Source: the human T2T-CHM13v2.0 reference genome, Homo sapiens. Taken from it: 64,000 bases of DNA. The DNA lies in assembly GCF_009914755.1 (NCBI RefSeq), contig NC_060947.1. One strand, written 5' to 3'. The translations under genes were made by a program, and so were the position numbers. The notes below the pieces were generated by a model. It made no database searches, was not told the origin of the DNA, and worked only from the letters and a program-made list of their open reading frames with translations. The first letter of the stretch is position 1. Each line of letters opens with the position of its first letter. Positions 16,411-30,638 of this stretch are shown one piece after another.

Positions 16411-16607
16411 GATTTATCTACATATTTATTTATTTTCCCTTTATTTCTTGCTATATCTTTGAGGTTCTACCTGGGATCATTTTCAAGGCAAGGATGTCTA
16501 TTCTCATCACTGTTTTTCAGCGTTGTGCTAGAAATTCCAACCAGTGCAATAAGGCAAGAAAAGGAAATAAAAGGCATACAGAGCAGAAAGGAAAAAAAAA
16601 ATGAAAC

Positions 16608-16898
16608 TGGCCAGGTACAGCTGCTCATACTTTGAGAGGCGAGCTAGGAGGATTGCTTGAGCCCAGGAGTTCCAGACCAGCTTGGGCAATGTAGGGCGAC
16701 CCCCATCTCTACAAAAGTAAAAATAAAAAAAAAATTAGCAGGGTGTTATGGTGCATGTCTGTGGTCTCAGCTACTTGGGAGGCTGAGGTGGGAGGATCAC
16801 TTGGGCCTTGGAGGTGAAGTGAGCCATGGTGACTGTATCACTGCATTCTAGCCTGGGCAACAGAGTGACACCGCCTGTCTCAGAAAACAAAACAAAAA
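16608..16898 (+). mobile_element. Degenerate AluJ inside the L1
   Basis: Alu arms with deletions and an (AAAAC) tail. Confidence 0.85.
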
Positions 16899-17000
16899 CC
16901 TGTCTCTATTTGCAGATGACATGATTGTCTACATAGAAGACCCTGAGAAATCTACAGTCTACAGAATAACTCCTAGACCTAATTAAGTGAGTTCAGCAAG

Positions 17001-17446
17001 GTTTCAGGATATAAGATAAACATACAAAAATGAGTTGTATTTCTACATACTAGCCATAAACAAATGGACACTGAAATTAAAAATACAATACCATTTACAT
17101 TCACTCAAAAAATACTTGGGTATAAATCTAACAAAGCATGCACAGGACTTGTATGCTGAAAACTATACAATGCTGATGAAAGAAATCAAAGTCTAAATAG
17201 ATGGGGAAACATACCATGTTCCGGGTTTCAGGATATAAGATAAACTTACAAAAATGAGTTGTATTTCACATACTAGCTAGAAACAAATGGACACTGAAAT
17301 TAAAAATACAATACCATTTACATTCACTCAAGAAATACTTGGGTATAAATCTAACAAAGCATGCACAGGACTTGTATGCTGAAAACTACAAAATGCTGAT
17401 GAAAGAAATCAAAGTCTAAATAGATGGGGAACATACCATGTTCCAG
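17001..17446 (+). repeat. Tandem duplication, about 224-bp unit x2
   Basis: gtttcaggatataagataaac...ataccatgttcc starts at both 17001 and 17225; about 9 differences. Confidence 0.95.
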
Positions 17447-18928
17447 GATTGGAAGACTCAACATAGTAAAGATATCATTTCTCCCCCAAATTGATATACA
17501 GGTTTAATGTAATTCCTGTCAAAATCTTAGTAAGATTTTTTTGTAGATATAATTATAAAATTTATATGGAAAGGGAAAAGAACTAGACTAGCTGAAACAA
17601 TTTTGAAAAAGAATAATAAAGCAGGAGGAATCAGTCTGTAAGATTTTAAGACATATAACTACAGTAATCAAGACTGTGTGATATTGGTGGAGGGATACAT
17701 GTATAGATCAACGGAACAGAACAAAGAACCTAGAAATAGACCAACAGAAATGTGCCCAATTGATCTTTGACAAAATTGCAACAGCAATTGAACGGAGAAG
17801 GAAAGATAGCCTTTTTGACAAATGGTGCTAGGTCAATTAAACATCAATATGTCAAAAAAAAAAAAAACTCTTGCTGTAAATAGTACACGTTATATGAAAA
17901 ATAACTCCAAATGTATCACAAACTTCAATGTAAAACATAAAACTATAAAAATAATTAGAGAAAATCTTCAGGATCTAAGGCTAGGCAGAGTTCTTAGACC
18001 TGACACCAAAGGTATGATCCATAAAAGAATTGATAAATTGGATTTCATCAAAATAAAAAATACTTACTCTGAGAAAGACCTCATAAGAGGATGAAAAGAC
18101 AGACTACAGAGTGGGGGGAAATATTTGCAAACTACGTATCCGACAAAGGACTGGCATCTAGAATATATAAATAACTTTCAAAACTTAACAGTAGAAAACA
18201 ACCCAGTTAGAAAGTGGAAAAAATACAAGAAGGGACATTTCACTGAAGAGCATATACAGATGACAGATAAGCATGTGAAAAGATGTTCAACATAATTAGC
18301 CACTAGGGAAATGTAAATTCAGACCAAAGTGAGCTATCACTACATACCTATAAGAATGGCTAAAATTAAAAATAGTGACAGCATCAAATGATGGCAAGGC
18401 TGTAGAGAAATGGAATCATTCATACTTTGCTGATGGGATGTAAAATGATACAGCCCCTCTGAAAAACAGTTTGGCAGTTTCTTAAAGACACTAAACATGC
18501 AACTACCATATGACCCAGCAATTGCACTCCTGGGCATTTATCCCAGAGAAGTGAAGATTTATGTTCATATAAATGCCAGTATGTGAATGTTTTATAGGAG
18601 TTTTATTCATAATAGCCCATAACTGGAAACAATACAGATGTTCTTTAGTGGATGAATGGTTAGACAAACTGGTATATCCATAGCATGGAATACTACCCAG
18701 CAGTAAAAAGGAGTGAAGTACTGATACATGCAATGATCTGGATGGATCTCCAGAGAATTATGCCGAGTGAGAAAAGCCAATCCTGAGTGGTTTAAATACC
18801 ATATGATTCCATTTATGTAACATTCTTGAAGTGACAAAATTATGGAGATGGAGAACAGATTAGTCCATGCCAGGGGTTGAGGGGGCAAGGGTTGGGAGTA
18901 AAATGGATAGCTATAAAAGGCATGATGA

Positions 18929-19261
<333 letters not shown>

Positions 19262-20111
19262 CTATTGACTGTGTCAATAGAGACACACAATTATGTTGTG
19301 TGTCACAACCATAATCACAACATTATGGTTGTGATATTGTACTGTAGTTTTACAAGATGTTACCATTGGGAGGAAGTGGGCAAAGGGTACATAGGATCTC
19401 TGGGTATCATTTCTTACCTCTGCATATAAAACTACAGTTGTCTCAAAAGGTTTAATTAAGAAAGTATTTAAGAAAAAGAACCCCAGGATCTAAAAAGATC
19501 AGAGTCAGAGAATCACAAATGCTAAATAAGAAGCACTTTTGTATTTGGTGATGTTCTGAAATTCTGGCTCAGTTTTGTTATGAAATGGAGCCACGTGGGT
19601 CCATGTGAGTGAGTCCCTGTGCATAGGTGTATGATTGACTTTTTCCCTCAAGTGCTTCTAATTTGGGATGTTCTTCACTGTGTGCCCTTTGAGTGTCTCT
19701 TGCCTCTGGTTTTTTGTTAGACAAAAAAACCAGTTTTTAAATGTCAGTTCCAAGGTCTTTTCTGGGTACGGTTAACTTTTATGATTTCATTTATGCAGTG
19801 GGTTTTCACCTAAGGGCCATGGTTTCTAGACACTAGACTCGTTTTTCCCAAGCGATTCATCTCTTTGCCTGTGGGATGGAGAGATTCATTCTCTTCTTCT
19901 CTTTTGCAGTAGAAACTCCAGTTTTGAGCTGGGCACCTGGATGCCCAGAGTAAAGGTTGTACTGCCCACATTTCATTGTAGCTAGGTGTGCCTGCGTGAC
20001 CAAGTATGAACCTTCTATTTAGATTAAGCCACAAGATAAGTGGAGCTATCAATTGGCTTTAACAAATATTTAGTGAATAGGTAAAATAAAATACTTTATA
20101 TAAGAGCTGTG

Positions 20112-20641
20112 TGTTCTGGGTTGAATTGTGTCCCCCACAAAAAGATATATTAAAGTCGTAACCCTTAGTACCTCAGAATGTGACCTTATTTGGAAAGAGG
20201 GTCTTTGCAGATATAATTAATTTCAGGTGAGGTTATACCGGAGTAGGGTGGGCTCCTAATCCAATATGATGAGTGTCCTCAGAAGAAGGCAGTCAGGCAC
20301 ATGTACCCTAAAACTTAAAGTAGAATAAAAAATAAATAAATAAATAAATAAATAAAAAAGAAGGCAGTCAGGTGAAGACACAGACACACAGTGGGAACCC
20401 CCTATGAAGATGAAGATAGAAGCAATGTATCTACAAGCCAGGGACCGCCTGCGGCTGCAAGAAGCCAGGTGAGACACATGGAGCTGATTCTCCCTCACAG
20501 CCCTTAGAAGGAACGTGCCCTGCTGACACCTTGGTTTTGGACTTCCAGTCTCCAGAACCATGGGATAATAAATACATTTCTGTTGTTTGAAGCCACCCAA
20601 TTTGTGGTACTTTATTATAGCAGCCCTAGGAAACCAATATA
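20112..20641 (+). mobile_element. MLT1B/C LTR
   Basis: tgttctgggttgaattgtgtcccc...gtgaccttatttggaaa...gcagccctaggaaaccaata. Confidence 0.88.
20298..20357 (+). mobile_element. Ultra-truncated young L1PA 3' end with a (TAAA)n tail
   Basis: cacatgtaccctaaaacttaaagtagaataa plus tail; perfect 15-bp TSD aagaaggcagtcagg at 20283-20297 and 20358-20372. Confidence 0.9.
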
Positions 20642-20667
20642 CTATGCTTTTGATATTATTTTTAGGA

Positions 20668-21020
20668 TGTTGTGGTTTGAATATTTGTGTCTCCCCCAAA
20701 TTCCTATGTTGAAACCTAGTCTCTGATGCGATAGTATTAAGAGGTGGGGCCTTTAGGAGGTGCATGAGGGCAGAGCCCTTATGATGGGATTAGTGTTCCT
20801 AGAAAAGAGACTTGAGGGAGCTTGTTTGCCCCTTCCAGTATGTGAGGATACAGCAAGAAAGTGCCATCTATGAGGCAGAGAGTGAGCCCTCACTATACAC
20901 TGAATCTGCTGGCACCTTGATCTTAGACTTCCCAGCCTCCAGAATGGAAAGAAATTTCTGTTGTTTATAAATTACTGAGTCTAAGGTATTTTGTTGTAGC
21001 AGCCCCAACAAACTAAGACA
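20668..21020 (+). mobile_element. MST/MLT1A-type LTR
   Basis: tgttgtggtttgaatatttgtgtctccccc...gccccaacaaactaagaca. Confidence 0.85.
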
Positions 21021-21029
21021 TGGAGTATT

Positions 21030-21565
21030 TTAAAAAATGGGTTGAACATTCAGAGGCTTCTTAATCTGAGTCCTTAGATATTTGGACTGACTCTGCCTTC
21101 TTTTTCCAGTGAAAAGATCTCGCTGTATGAAACATAGACATTCTTCATTGCCCCAAAGCCCTTCCACCTTCCTTATGTTTTTATTGCTGGTTTGATGTGC
21201 TTGAATGCTAGCCAAAGTATAAGGTGAATGGTAGATGCAAGGACTGGGCGGTTTCCATGGAGACTTCTTGCAGGAGCCTTTCCTTTCTCAGTTCAACAGT
21301 TGTCAAGGAAACATCTAGTTTCAATTAAATAAATGTTTGTGGGGTCTGCCAATTTGAGTGTCTCTTGGAAGGGGATTTGGTTAAACTTCTTAAACATCGT
21401 AATAAACAAATTCAGAGCAGAGGCTTTTTAGGTTCCCTTCCAGTTATATTAGGTTTTTCTGTAACTTAGGGATGTTAACTAGTCCTCTGTCTGAAGTGAT
21501 CAGACTATTTATTCATATCCAGAAAATATTATTTTTGAGTCTTGTGGGGAGGAAAACTGAGGCTT
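21030..21565 (+). repeat. Copy 2 of the old duplication (core 21175-21278)
   Basis: Core offset 7690 bp from copy 1; contains GTTTCCATGGAGAC at 21251-21264. Confidence 0.85.
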
Positions 21566-21904
21566 AAAGAAAGAGAGGCCAAAGCCAGGGAGCTGGTGTT
21601 ACATGGCACCAGCTATATATACATGACTATAGTCCATGCTCTTTAGTACGTCCTGCAGGATAAGAGATCCAAGGGGCCTGACCTTTACAAACTGTTTACA
21701 GGCTATGGAGTTTGCTGGCTCAGCACTGTGTGTTTATTGCTTCTAGTTAGCTATTGTTGTATCAGTGGCTGGAGTTGGTGATGGTTCACGGAAATAGTGG
21801 TGAGAGTACAGATTCTAGGTATATGCAATTCTAATAAATGAGACTTCCCTAGTGTTATCTGTATTGTGACAGCCTCCCCATTGTGCTCTTTATCAAACAG
21901 TAAG

Positions 21905-22370
21905 GTATGGTATATTGCAAAATGCTCACAATACTTTGCAACTCTTCCCATCAAGAGGTAGAGTCAGTTTCTCTATTCTTAGGATCTTGGCTGTCCTGTT
22001 GATTTGGTCTGACCCTGGAATACAGTAGAAAAGACCCTGTGTGGGTTTTGATCCTAGGCGTGAGGTAGAGCTTCAGTTTCTTGCTGCTTTGGGAACTCTG
22101 CCACCTTGTAAAAAAAGCCCTGGCTGGCCTCCTGGAGGAAGAGAGACTATGTGGAGGAAAATGAAGGTACCCAGACAACCCAATAGTCAACTGCAGAAGC
22201 ATAAGTGACCCTCATCTGAGATCAATGGTGCCTGGCTCGGATCAGTATAATTGTCCAGCTGAACTCAGCCCAAATTACTGACCCCCAGAGTTATGAATTA
22301 AATAAATGCTGTTGCTTTAAGGCACTTAAGTTTTGGGGTGGTGTGTTATACAGTAGTAGATAATTGATAC
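21905..22370 (+). mobile_element. MLT1 LTR
   Basis: ctcccatcaagaggtagagtc...cagcccaaattactgacc...gttttggggtggtgtgttatacag...taattgataca. Confidence 0.75.
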
Positions 22371-22789
22371 AGCCAAGTTTGGAAGCTCTGGAATGATCAG
22401 GGCTCACCTTTGACCTGTCCTCTATAAAACCCAGGATTCTTAGTAACACAGTCCTGTTAATAACAGAACTTGCCTATGGCAAATCTAAGCGGAAAAGCAG
22501 TTTATTGGCAGGATATTGTGTAGCTACATCTTTCTTTAGGAAGACCAGGGACAAGGCTTGAAAACTGCACAACTAGGGGGCAGTACTGCCAGAACTACAG
22601 CCAGATAACCTCACAGAATTGGTAGCTACTGAATATTGGATGCCTCCACCTACACCACCAACATTGCCTGCATTGGACATTGGGTATGGGGCTGCTCCTG
22701 GAACTGGATGTTGTTCCTGTCACTAGAAAACAATCATCTACTGTTCTTGCTGTTTCACAGCACTCATTACTGATTCAGATGCCCGTGTG

Positions 22790-23432
22790 CCACGTGTTTA
22801 TAGCAGTGCAATTTGTAATTGCAAAAATAGGGAACCAGCCCAAATGCCCATCAATCGAGTGGATAAAGAAAATATATCAAAAATATATTTTATATGTGTG
22901 TGTGTATGTATATGTGTGTATATATGTGTGTATGTATATGTGTGTATATATACACACACGTACATATATATACATATATATATACACACACGTACATATA
23001 TATACACACACGTACATATATATGCACACACACATATATATACACACACGTAACATTTATAATACGCCATGGAATACTACTCAGCCATAAAAAGGAATGA
23101 AATAATAGCATTTGCAACAACGTGGATGGAGTTGGAGACCATTATTCTAAGTGAAGTGACTCAGGAATGGAAAACCGAACGTTGTATTTTCTCACTTATA
23201 AGTGGGAGCTAAGCTATGAGGATGCAAAGGCATAAGAATGAAACAGTGGACTTTGGGGCCTCAGAGGGAAGGGTGGGAGGTGAGGGATAAAAGACTACAC
23301 ATTGGGTACAGTGTACACTGCTCGGCTGATGAGTACCTCAAAATCTCAGAAATCAGCACTGAAGAACTTAACTCATGTAACCAAATACCATCTGTTCCCC
23401 CAAAGCTATTTAAATAATAATAAAAACAAAAA
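22790..23432 (+). mobile_element. L1PB-type 3' end with an internal RY microsatellite
   Basis: atggaatactactcagccataaaaaggaatga, gctatgaggatgcaaaggcataagaatga; A-rich tail. Confidence 0.88.
22890..23052. repeat. Compound (TA/TG)n-(CA/TA)n alternating purine-pyrimidine microsatellite
   Basis: Read directly from the sequence. Confidence 0.95.
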
Positions 23433-23636
23433 CAAATGCCTGTGTGGGTGGTGTCTGGCAGAGCGTAGGTCTTGTGCCCATACCCTGATTGAAAAGAAAT
23501 CAGGAAAGTGAGAATCTGACACTTTTAGCTTATTTAGCTGAAAGCAGGTGGAAAATTTCATAAACACTGGCAAAGGGTTCGGATAACAGGCAGCCAAAAG
23601 AAAAATGGCAAATGTTCATTAGTTTCTGTTGTATAC

Positions 23637-23800
23637 TCTGGTTAGCTCAGTTGGTTACAGCACAGTTATGATGAAGCCAGCATTGTGGTTTGTTCTTAAG
23701 TTTTATTGAAAGAAAATAGTTCTGAGATTGTCCCCCTTACACCTGCTCCCTCTCTCACAGATGTGTGCTGATAGCCATTTGTAAGGCCAGGCAATAGTGG
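23637..23800 (+). mobile_element. tRNA-Ile-derived SINE relic (MamSINE1-like); not a functional tRNA
   Basis: ggttagctcagttggttacagc resembles the tRNA-Ile 5' half/A box; the T arm/B box is decayed. Confidence 0.5.
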
Positions 23801-26498
23801 GGCCTAACTTGCATCTGTCTCTGGCTGCTAAGGTACAAAGATTATGTGTCTTTCAGTTGGTGGGCCCAGAGACTCCATTCACTGGCATAGTGTGCCACAT
23901 AAGAGAACTGAATGAATGGTATCTGTGTGAATCTAAGGGGTTGGCTAATTGCGCAGTGAATTTGGTTCATGTAACATTTATAATACAAATTGTTGGGCAG
24001 CAAGATCTTTCAATCCAGACGGTTTCTAGTTTTTCAGAATTTCTCTGATAACTTCTCTGAACTCTGAAATTCTTATTTGCAAAACCATCTATATAGGGTT
24101 CATTTAAATATTAGAAATAGTACTCATAAAGAGAAAAGCATAATGCCTAGAGGATGTGTAATAGATGTTCAATAAATGTTGATCATTTCCCTCAAACTTC
24201 TTAGATTCACACACCCCAACCAGATTAGAAACTCTGACACGGCTTGCCCTTTTTGTGTTCAATTCTCTCTCAGTTGTTAAGTGAAGACCCAATCCAGTTG
24301 TTAAAATAATAAATGCACCTCTTGCCTCCCTGACATTCTGGCAACCTTACTCTGAGGAGGCTGGCCCGGTTCGAAGCTGGCTGCTCCAGGGCACTAAAGC
24401 TGGAGAAGGGCCCTTCCACCCTGTTCATAACTGTGGACAGTAAACCGTATTTGGGATAGAGGATCTTGGGAACAATAAGGACCTAGATCCAAGCTCATGC
24501 ATTGTGGTGGGACTGTCAATTTAGGGGGATGGGTAGATTTTATCAGATCTGTCAGTGGAAAGTTTGGGGAGATGGAATAGTATCTACAGGTAGTTCCAGG
24601 TAGGAGGAAGAGATCTACCTGGCTCCTAGGGATGTCCATCCTGGCAAGCATTGCTCAGTGGCAGGAGTTGTAAGAGTAGGGAAGGTTTAGGAATTTGGAT
24701 ATCAGGGAAGTGTCAGCAGGTAGCTGGGGATGAGGTGCAGGACAAAGACAGACGAGAGGAAGACCAAGCCTTAAAGTGATGAGTATCTAGATAGGGAAGA
24801 GGATGGATGGGTATAGCTTGGACACAGAAAGGGGATTCAGTCATGGAAAGAGGTCAGTCTGCAATGTAATGTGGCTATCAGGTCACAGGAGGGCCAAGAG
24901 CAGGACAGGTTTGGGGCTTGGTTCTGGTTAGTCGAGGCAGAGCCCCTTAGAGGTGTTTGGATTTGCCATGGTGATGCAGGGGACCTGAGTGTGCTGGTTG
25001 TCATGAGATCTTGTTGCTGGGAGAACAGTCAAGAACAGGGTAGAAAGGCCCTTCCCCAGCTTTAGTGTGCCTTGGAGCAGGCAGCTTTGAATAGGGCCAG
25101 CTTCTTCAGAGAGAGCTGCCAGAATGTCAGAGAGGCGAGAGGTGCATTTGTTATTTTAACAATTGGATTGGGTCTTCACTGGGAGCTCTACAAAGAAACC
25201 AAATTAGTGAAGTTAGATTGCCTATCCCACCAACAATGGATGTTTATGGTATGAGTTTAGCTCTGTGCTAGAGAATCTCAATATATTTAGATTTGGGCTT
25301 GAGAGAGAGAACTTCAGTGTGATCTGAGACTGAACTTCCATTCACATTCATTCCTCGAGGAAGCATGTTGAGGATCTATGTGTAATATACTGGTGTTCCA
25401 TTTACTTGAAATATCCTGGCTTGCTCTATTCCTCTCACTTAGGCACTCACTCCTCTAAAAAATAAATGTGTATATGTGTATGTGCATGTGTGTGTACATG
25501 TAGGTGTAAGTGTGCATAAAATATGGAATAGACTGAAATCAACAAACTTATAAAAATACCAAATAACCTCAATCTGTAATTTTATTTTTGAGAAGCACTA
25601 AAAATGTCAATAAATGAATTGTCTGAAAAACTAATCCTTTGGCTGGTGAGATAAGTCTGAGTTGCCAGAACCAGTTAAAGCTTTATATAATTTGGCAGTA
25701 CATTTGCGTTCACCTGAGATTTCTCTGCCTCCAGCTGTACAAAAATTCTGTGATATGCAGAGCCTCGAAACCTGGGCCAGAATGCTAAAACTAATTTTCT
25801 TTCGTAATCTGAGCCGTAATTGCATTTTAACTCAGTTCTAGTGTGAAGACTGCTTTTGTATGTGTGTGTGTTTACTTCATGTCATTAATTTCTGGCATTT
25901 AAGTTAGTGCCTGGCACATAGTCTACCCTCAGTAAATGTTAGTTCTTACTGCCGAGTCTACTGTTCTTTCCTTCTAAACCAGTGGGGTAGATGCTTCCTT
26001 TGTGCCTCAGTGGTTCATTCCCTTGCCCTCTTCCCCTCTCCTCACCCTTGAGTTGTTAGATCCTGGTTTTGCCCCAGGCAGGTGCCAACCCCGAGGAACT
26101 CCTGACCCTGTGGTGATGCATGCCTGCATGTGTGCAGCCAGCTGGGCAGCTTGGAAAGCCATAGTATTGACTTGCCAAATAAGGACTAGTTTACAAAAGT
26201 CATAAGAGATCACTGTCATCAACTGCTATCACTATCTATTATCCTTTCTCTTTCCAAAACACAATTTAGGTGCATAATAAAAACATCTGTAGAATTACTC
26301 TGTCAAGCCTATGTATGCCCATCAGTTGTGCAAGAGCCTCAGTTCCTACTTCTAATGAATTTTATACTGATTATCCCAGACCTTTCTGCCAGCTCCCTAA
26401 TAGCAGAGGAGAGAATACACTGTTGGAGTCAGGGGCAACCAAAGCAGCTAGTCTGAGTATAGAATTTCTTTGAATTCTCATCTTTAAGAACCATGCTC

Positions 26499-26856
<358 letters not shown>

Positions 26857-28366
26857 TGGATGATATATCCACATGATTCAGAATTGAAGAGGTACAAAAC
26901 AATAACCAATAAACTCTTTCTCCCCACTGTGTCCTAGCCACCTTGTTTTCTTCCCTGGAGGCATCCAGAAGCCAATTTTGTTAGTTTCAACTTCTGGAGA
27001 TGGCTTATGAAAATATAAGTAAATGCATCTATATTCAACCCCATTTTAGAAGAAATGATACCTACTATATCAGCTGCTTTCTGTGCACCTTGCTTTTTTT
27101 CTTTTTCACACTTTAGCATGATGATTTTTCTGTATTGGCACATAAAGAGCTTCTTCTTTGTTAGTTGGTGGTTCTTATGGCAGACAACTGAATCCACCCT
27201 AGATGGTTAAGCCAAAAAGGGATTCGGATTTTAGGTAACTCATGGAATCCTTTGGAGGGCTGGAGGAACAGGCTAGCATCCGGGTGCCCAGAAACAAAGC
27301 CCCAAGACACACGTAGTACTAGCATTAAGTGGAAGCCACCTGTGCTGCTGCCTCCACTGAACAGCAGATGCTAGGTATTTGACTTGACTGCAACTGCCTC
27401 TACCTCCACTCCTGCACCGGGAAGGCAACCTAGCAGTGACACCTGCAAAAGTAGAAGCTCTGAGCAGAGCCTCTTTCCTTACATTTCTCACTTCTAAAGC
27501 AAAATCTGGTGTGGATGTATCTGATTAGTGGTGACTAGGTGACACATTTGCATCTTAGCTTCAATAGAGTCTAGGAATTTTATTCTCAACTTTTAAACTT
27601 GGAGGTGGGACTTGTAATAGGTGAAATTTTTGCAAATAGAGAAATAATTTTCAAAGTATGATGGACAGTCACAGATATGGCAAATGTCCACTAGAGCTGC
27701 TTAGAATTCCATTGTATGGATCAACCACAATTGATTAAACTAATATCTTAGATGGTAGACCTCTAAGTGTTTTCTAGTTTTCTAGTCTGTGACTTAGGCA
27801 ATACTGTATTAATGACCATATACATGTGTCATTTTGCTAATGTAAAATGGAATATAAATTTCTAGCAGTGGAATTGCTAGATCAAAAGGTAAATTGTAAT
27901 TCTTGTGGATATTGCCAAATGGTTTCTGGATGCTATACTGATTTTTTGCTTCCACTAGTGATGTTCCTGATTTTTTTTTTTTTTTTTTTTTTTTGCACAG
28001 AGTCTTTTCCTTTTTTAGATTCCTTCTGAGCCAGAGTGGCAGGCTGAGTGTTCCCTGCTACTGGGGTGAGTTTTGGGCCTTGGGCCAAGAATGCTGACAA
28101 ATCAGATCTGGGCCATAACCTATGCCAATATAGACTGTATTTAGCATCTGGACTGGATTTGGCTTATAGTTTATTGTAGTCCTTCTAGCCCTAAATTAAA
28201 TGGCATCTTGGGGTATCTAAAAGATAATGTTGCTTCCAAAATTGATTTGCAATGTGGGAGTAGCTTACATCTTGGATTGTTATGTGTTCACAAATGCATA
28301 AAGATGTTTTCAAAGAATGGTTCTAAAGAATTATAATACCTTTTCTTTTTAAAAAAGCAAAATCTT

Positions 28367-28725
<359 letters not shown>

Positions 28726-28904
28726 CTATGGCATCCAATTGCTCTGGTTGGTTGCCATGAAAGTTTATAGTAACATAGGAAGCTCCTGTTTGAAAGCTCC
28801 TGAAAAATTTAAACAAATGTATATAAATGGGTGAAAAATGGGGGCTGAGGAAGAAGGTGAATACATGTGTTTTCTTCTCATGGAAGTGTTCACTATTTTT
28901 TATT

Positions 28905-29033
28905 AAATTTTTTTTAGAGACAGGGTCTCACTATGTTTCTCAGGCTGGTCTCGGACTCCTGGGCCCAAGTGATCCTCTTGTCTCAGCCTTCCAAGTAGCT
29001 GGGACTACAGGCACGGGCCTCCACATCTGGCTG
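28905..29033 (-). mobile_element. Free Alu monomer (FLAM/FRAM-like)
   Basis: Single antisense arm. Confidence 0.75.
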
Positions 29034-29162
29034 TGTTTGCAGTCTTTAAGTTGGCATTTACCTAGTGCAGTTGATTATTTCAAGAAAATACACTTTCTAC
29101 ATGGCTACTGAGGGTATCTGAAAGGATATAAAGTATAGCCCAGGGAAGTAGCATGTTGTTAG

Positions 29163-29542
29163 GCAGGGGTTAGTAACTCTTTCTGGAAAGGGTCAGTTGG
29201 TATTTTAGGCTTTGCAGGCCAAGAAACAGAATCAAAGATATTACATAGGTAATTCTATAACAAGAGAAAAAATAAACTTCTACAAGCTTTTTATTGACAA
29301 AATTCAAAACATAATAACTGAGGACTTTTTTTTTTGGTAATACAGGTCTACTCATAAGAAGAACAGCATTCTTACTTTGGGGATAACATTTTGCTTAATG
29401 GGATTCAAAGAATAGTGTTCCCTTTCATCAAATCGATTGCAAATGTTCATCTGTAAATACCATTTATTTTCTCCTTGTGGGCCATAGAAAACCAAGCAGT
29501 GGGCTGGATTTGACCCATGAGCGGTAGTTTTCCAACCACTGA
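29163..29542 (+). mobile_element. MER58B
   Basis: caggggttagtaactctttctggaaagggtcag...gggctggatttgacccatgagcggtagttttccaaccactg. Confidence 0.75.
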
Positions 29543-30276
29543 TGTAATGGAAAGACCATGAGCTTTGGACCTGGATGCATGTAGGTTTGAGTACTGGCTC
29601 TGAATTTGTGACCTTGAACATATCACTTAACTTTCTGAATTGGGAAGGTTTATTTGTGTATAAACTGAGTGTAATGACACCTATCTCATGGAAAAAATAT
29701 TACCCCCATCTTTGTGATTTTGCATTAGTATTCTAGTTCTGTAGATGCTGATATGATTTAGCTAGACTTACCTAGAAAATTAGTATTTAACTGATTTTAA
29801 AGCTGACTTTTCAAGGGATAGAACACTCACATGGTCTTAAAGTACAATGTAAAAACATAGCTTTGCAATGAAGAGATCTGGCAGTCACCACATTAATCAA
29901 ATGACCAAGCTTTGCAATCAGTACCAATGGTGGGATGTTCTGACATTGTGTGCCCCTCACTGCTGTGTACCTCTCACTATATCTCAGTATCACCTGTGTG
30001 GTGTTCTTGCCAGAAACTTTTGACTTTAATGTAATCACAATAAAACAGACAAATCCAAAACATGGGATGTTCTGAGGACAACTGGCCTGGATTCTTAAAT
30101 GATTCAGTGTCATTAAGAACCAAGGGGGATTGTTCTAGATTAGGGGGAGACTAAGGGAAAATGAGATAAAAATGCAGTGCATGAACATTGACTAAATCCT
30201 GGATGAGGAAAAGAAAATTCAGCTCTGTAGGCATTTTCTGGATAATCAAGGGAATGTGAATGTGGACCATATGTTG

Positions 30277-30638
30277 TATGTTAGTCCATTTTCACGCTGC
30301 TGATAAAGGCATATCCGAGACTGGGAAGAAAAAGAGGTTTAATTGGACTTACAGTTCCACATGCCTGGGGAAGCCTCAGAATCATGGCAGGAGGCAAAAG
30401 GCACTTCTTACATGGTGGTGGCAGGAGAAAAATGAGGAAGAAGCAAAGGCAGAAACGCCTGATAAACCCACCAGATCTCATGAGACTTGTTCACCATCAC
30501 AAGAATAGCATGGGAAAGACCGATCCCCGTGATTCAATTACCTCCCCCTAATTGTTCAAGTCCCTCCCACACACGTGGGAATTCTGGGAGATACAATTCA
30601 AGTTGAGATTTGGGTGAGGACACAGCCAAACCATATCA
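30277..30638 (-). mobile_element. THE1 (B/C) solo LTR inside an L1ME fragment (about 29810-30800)
   Basis: ttagtccattttcacgctgctgataaag...acacagccaaaccatatca; 5-bp TSD tgttg. Confidence 0.9.

Noticed and set aside
22680-23120. Five overlapping ORFs on both strands
   Set aside because: They arise because the RY microsatellite lacks stop codons; the translations are low-complexity.
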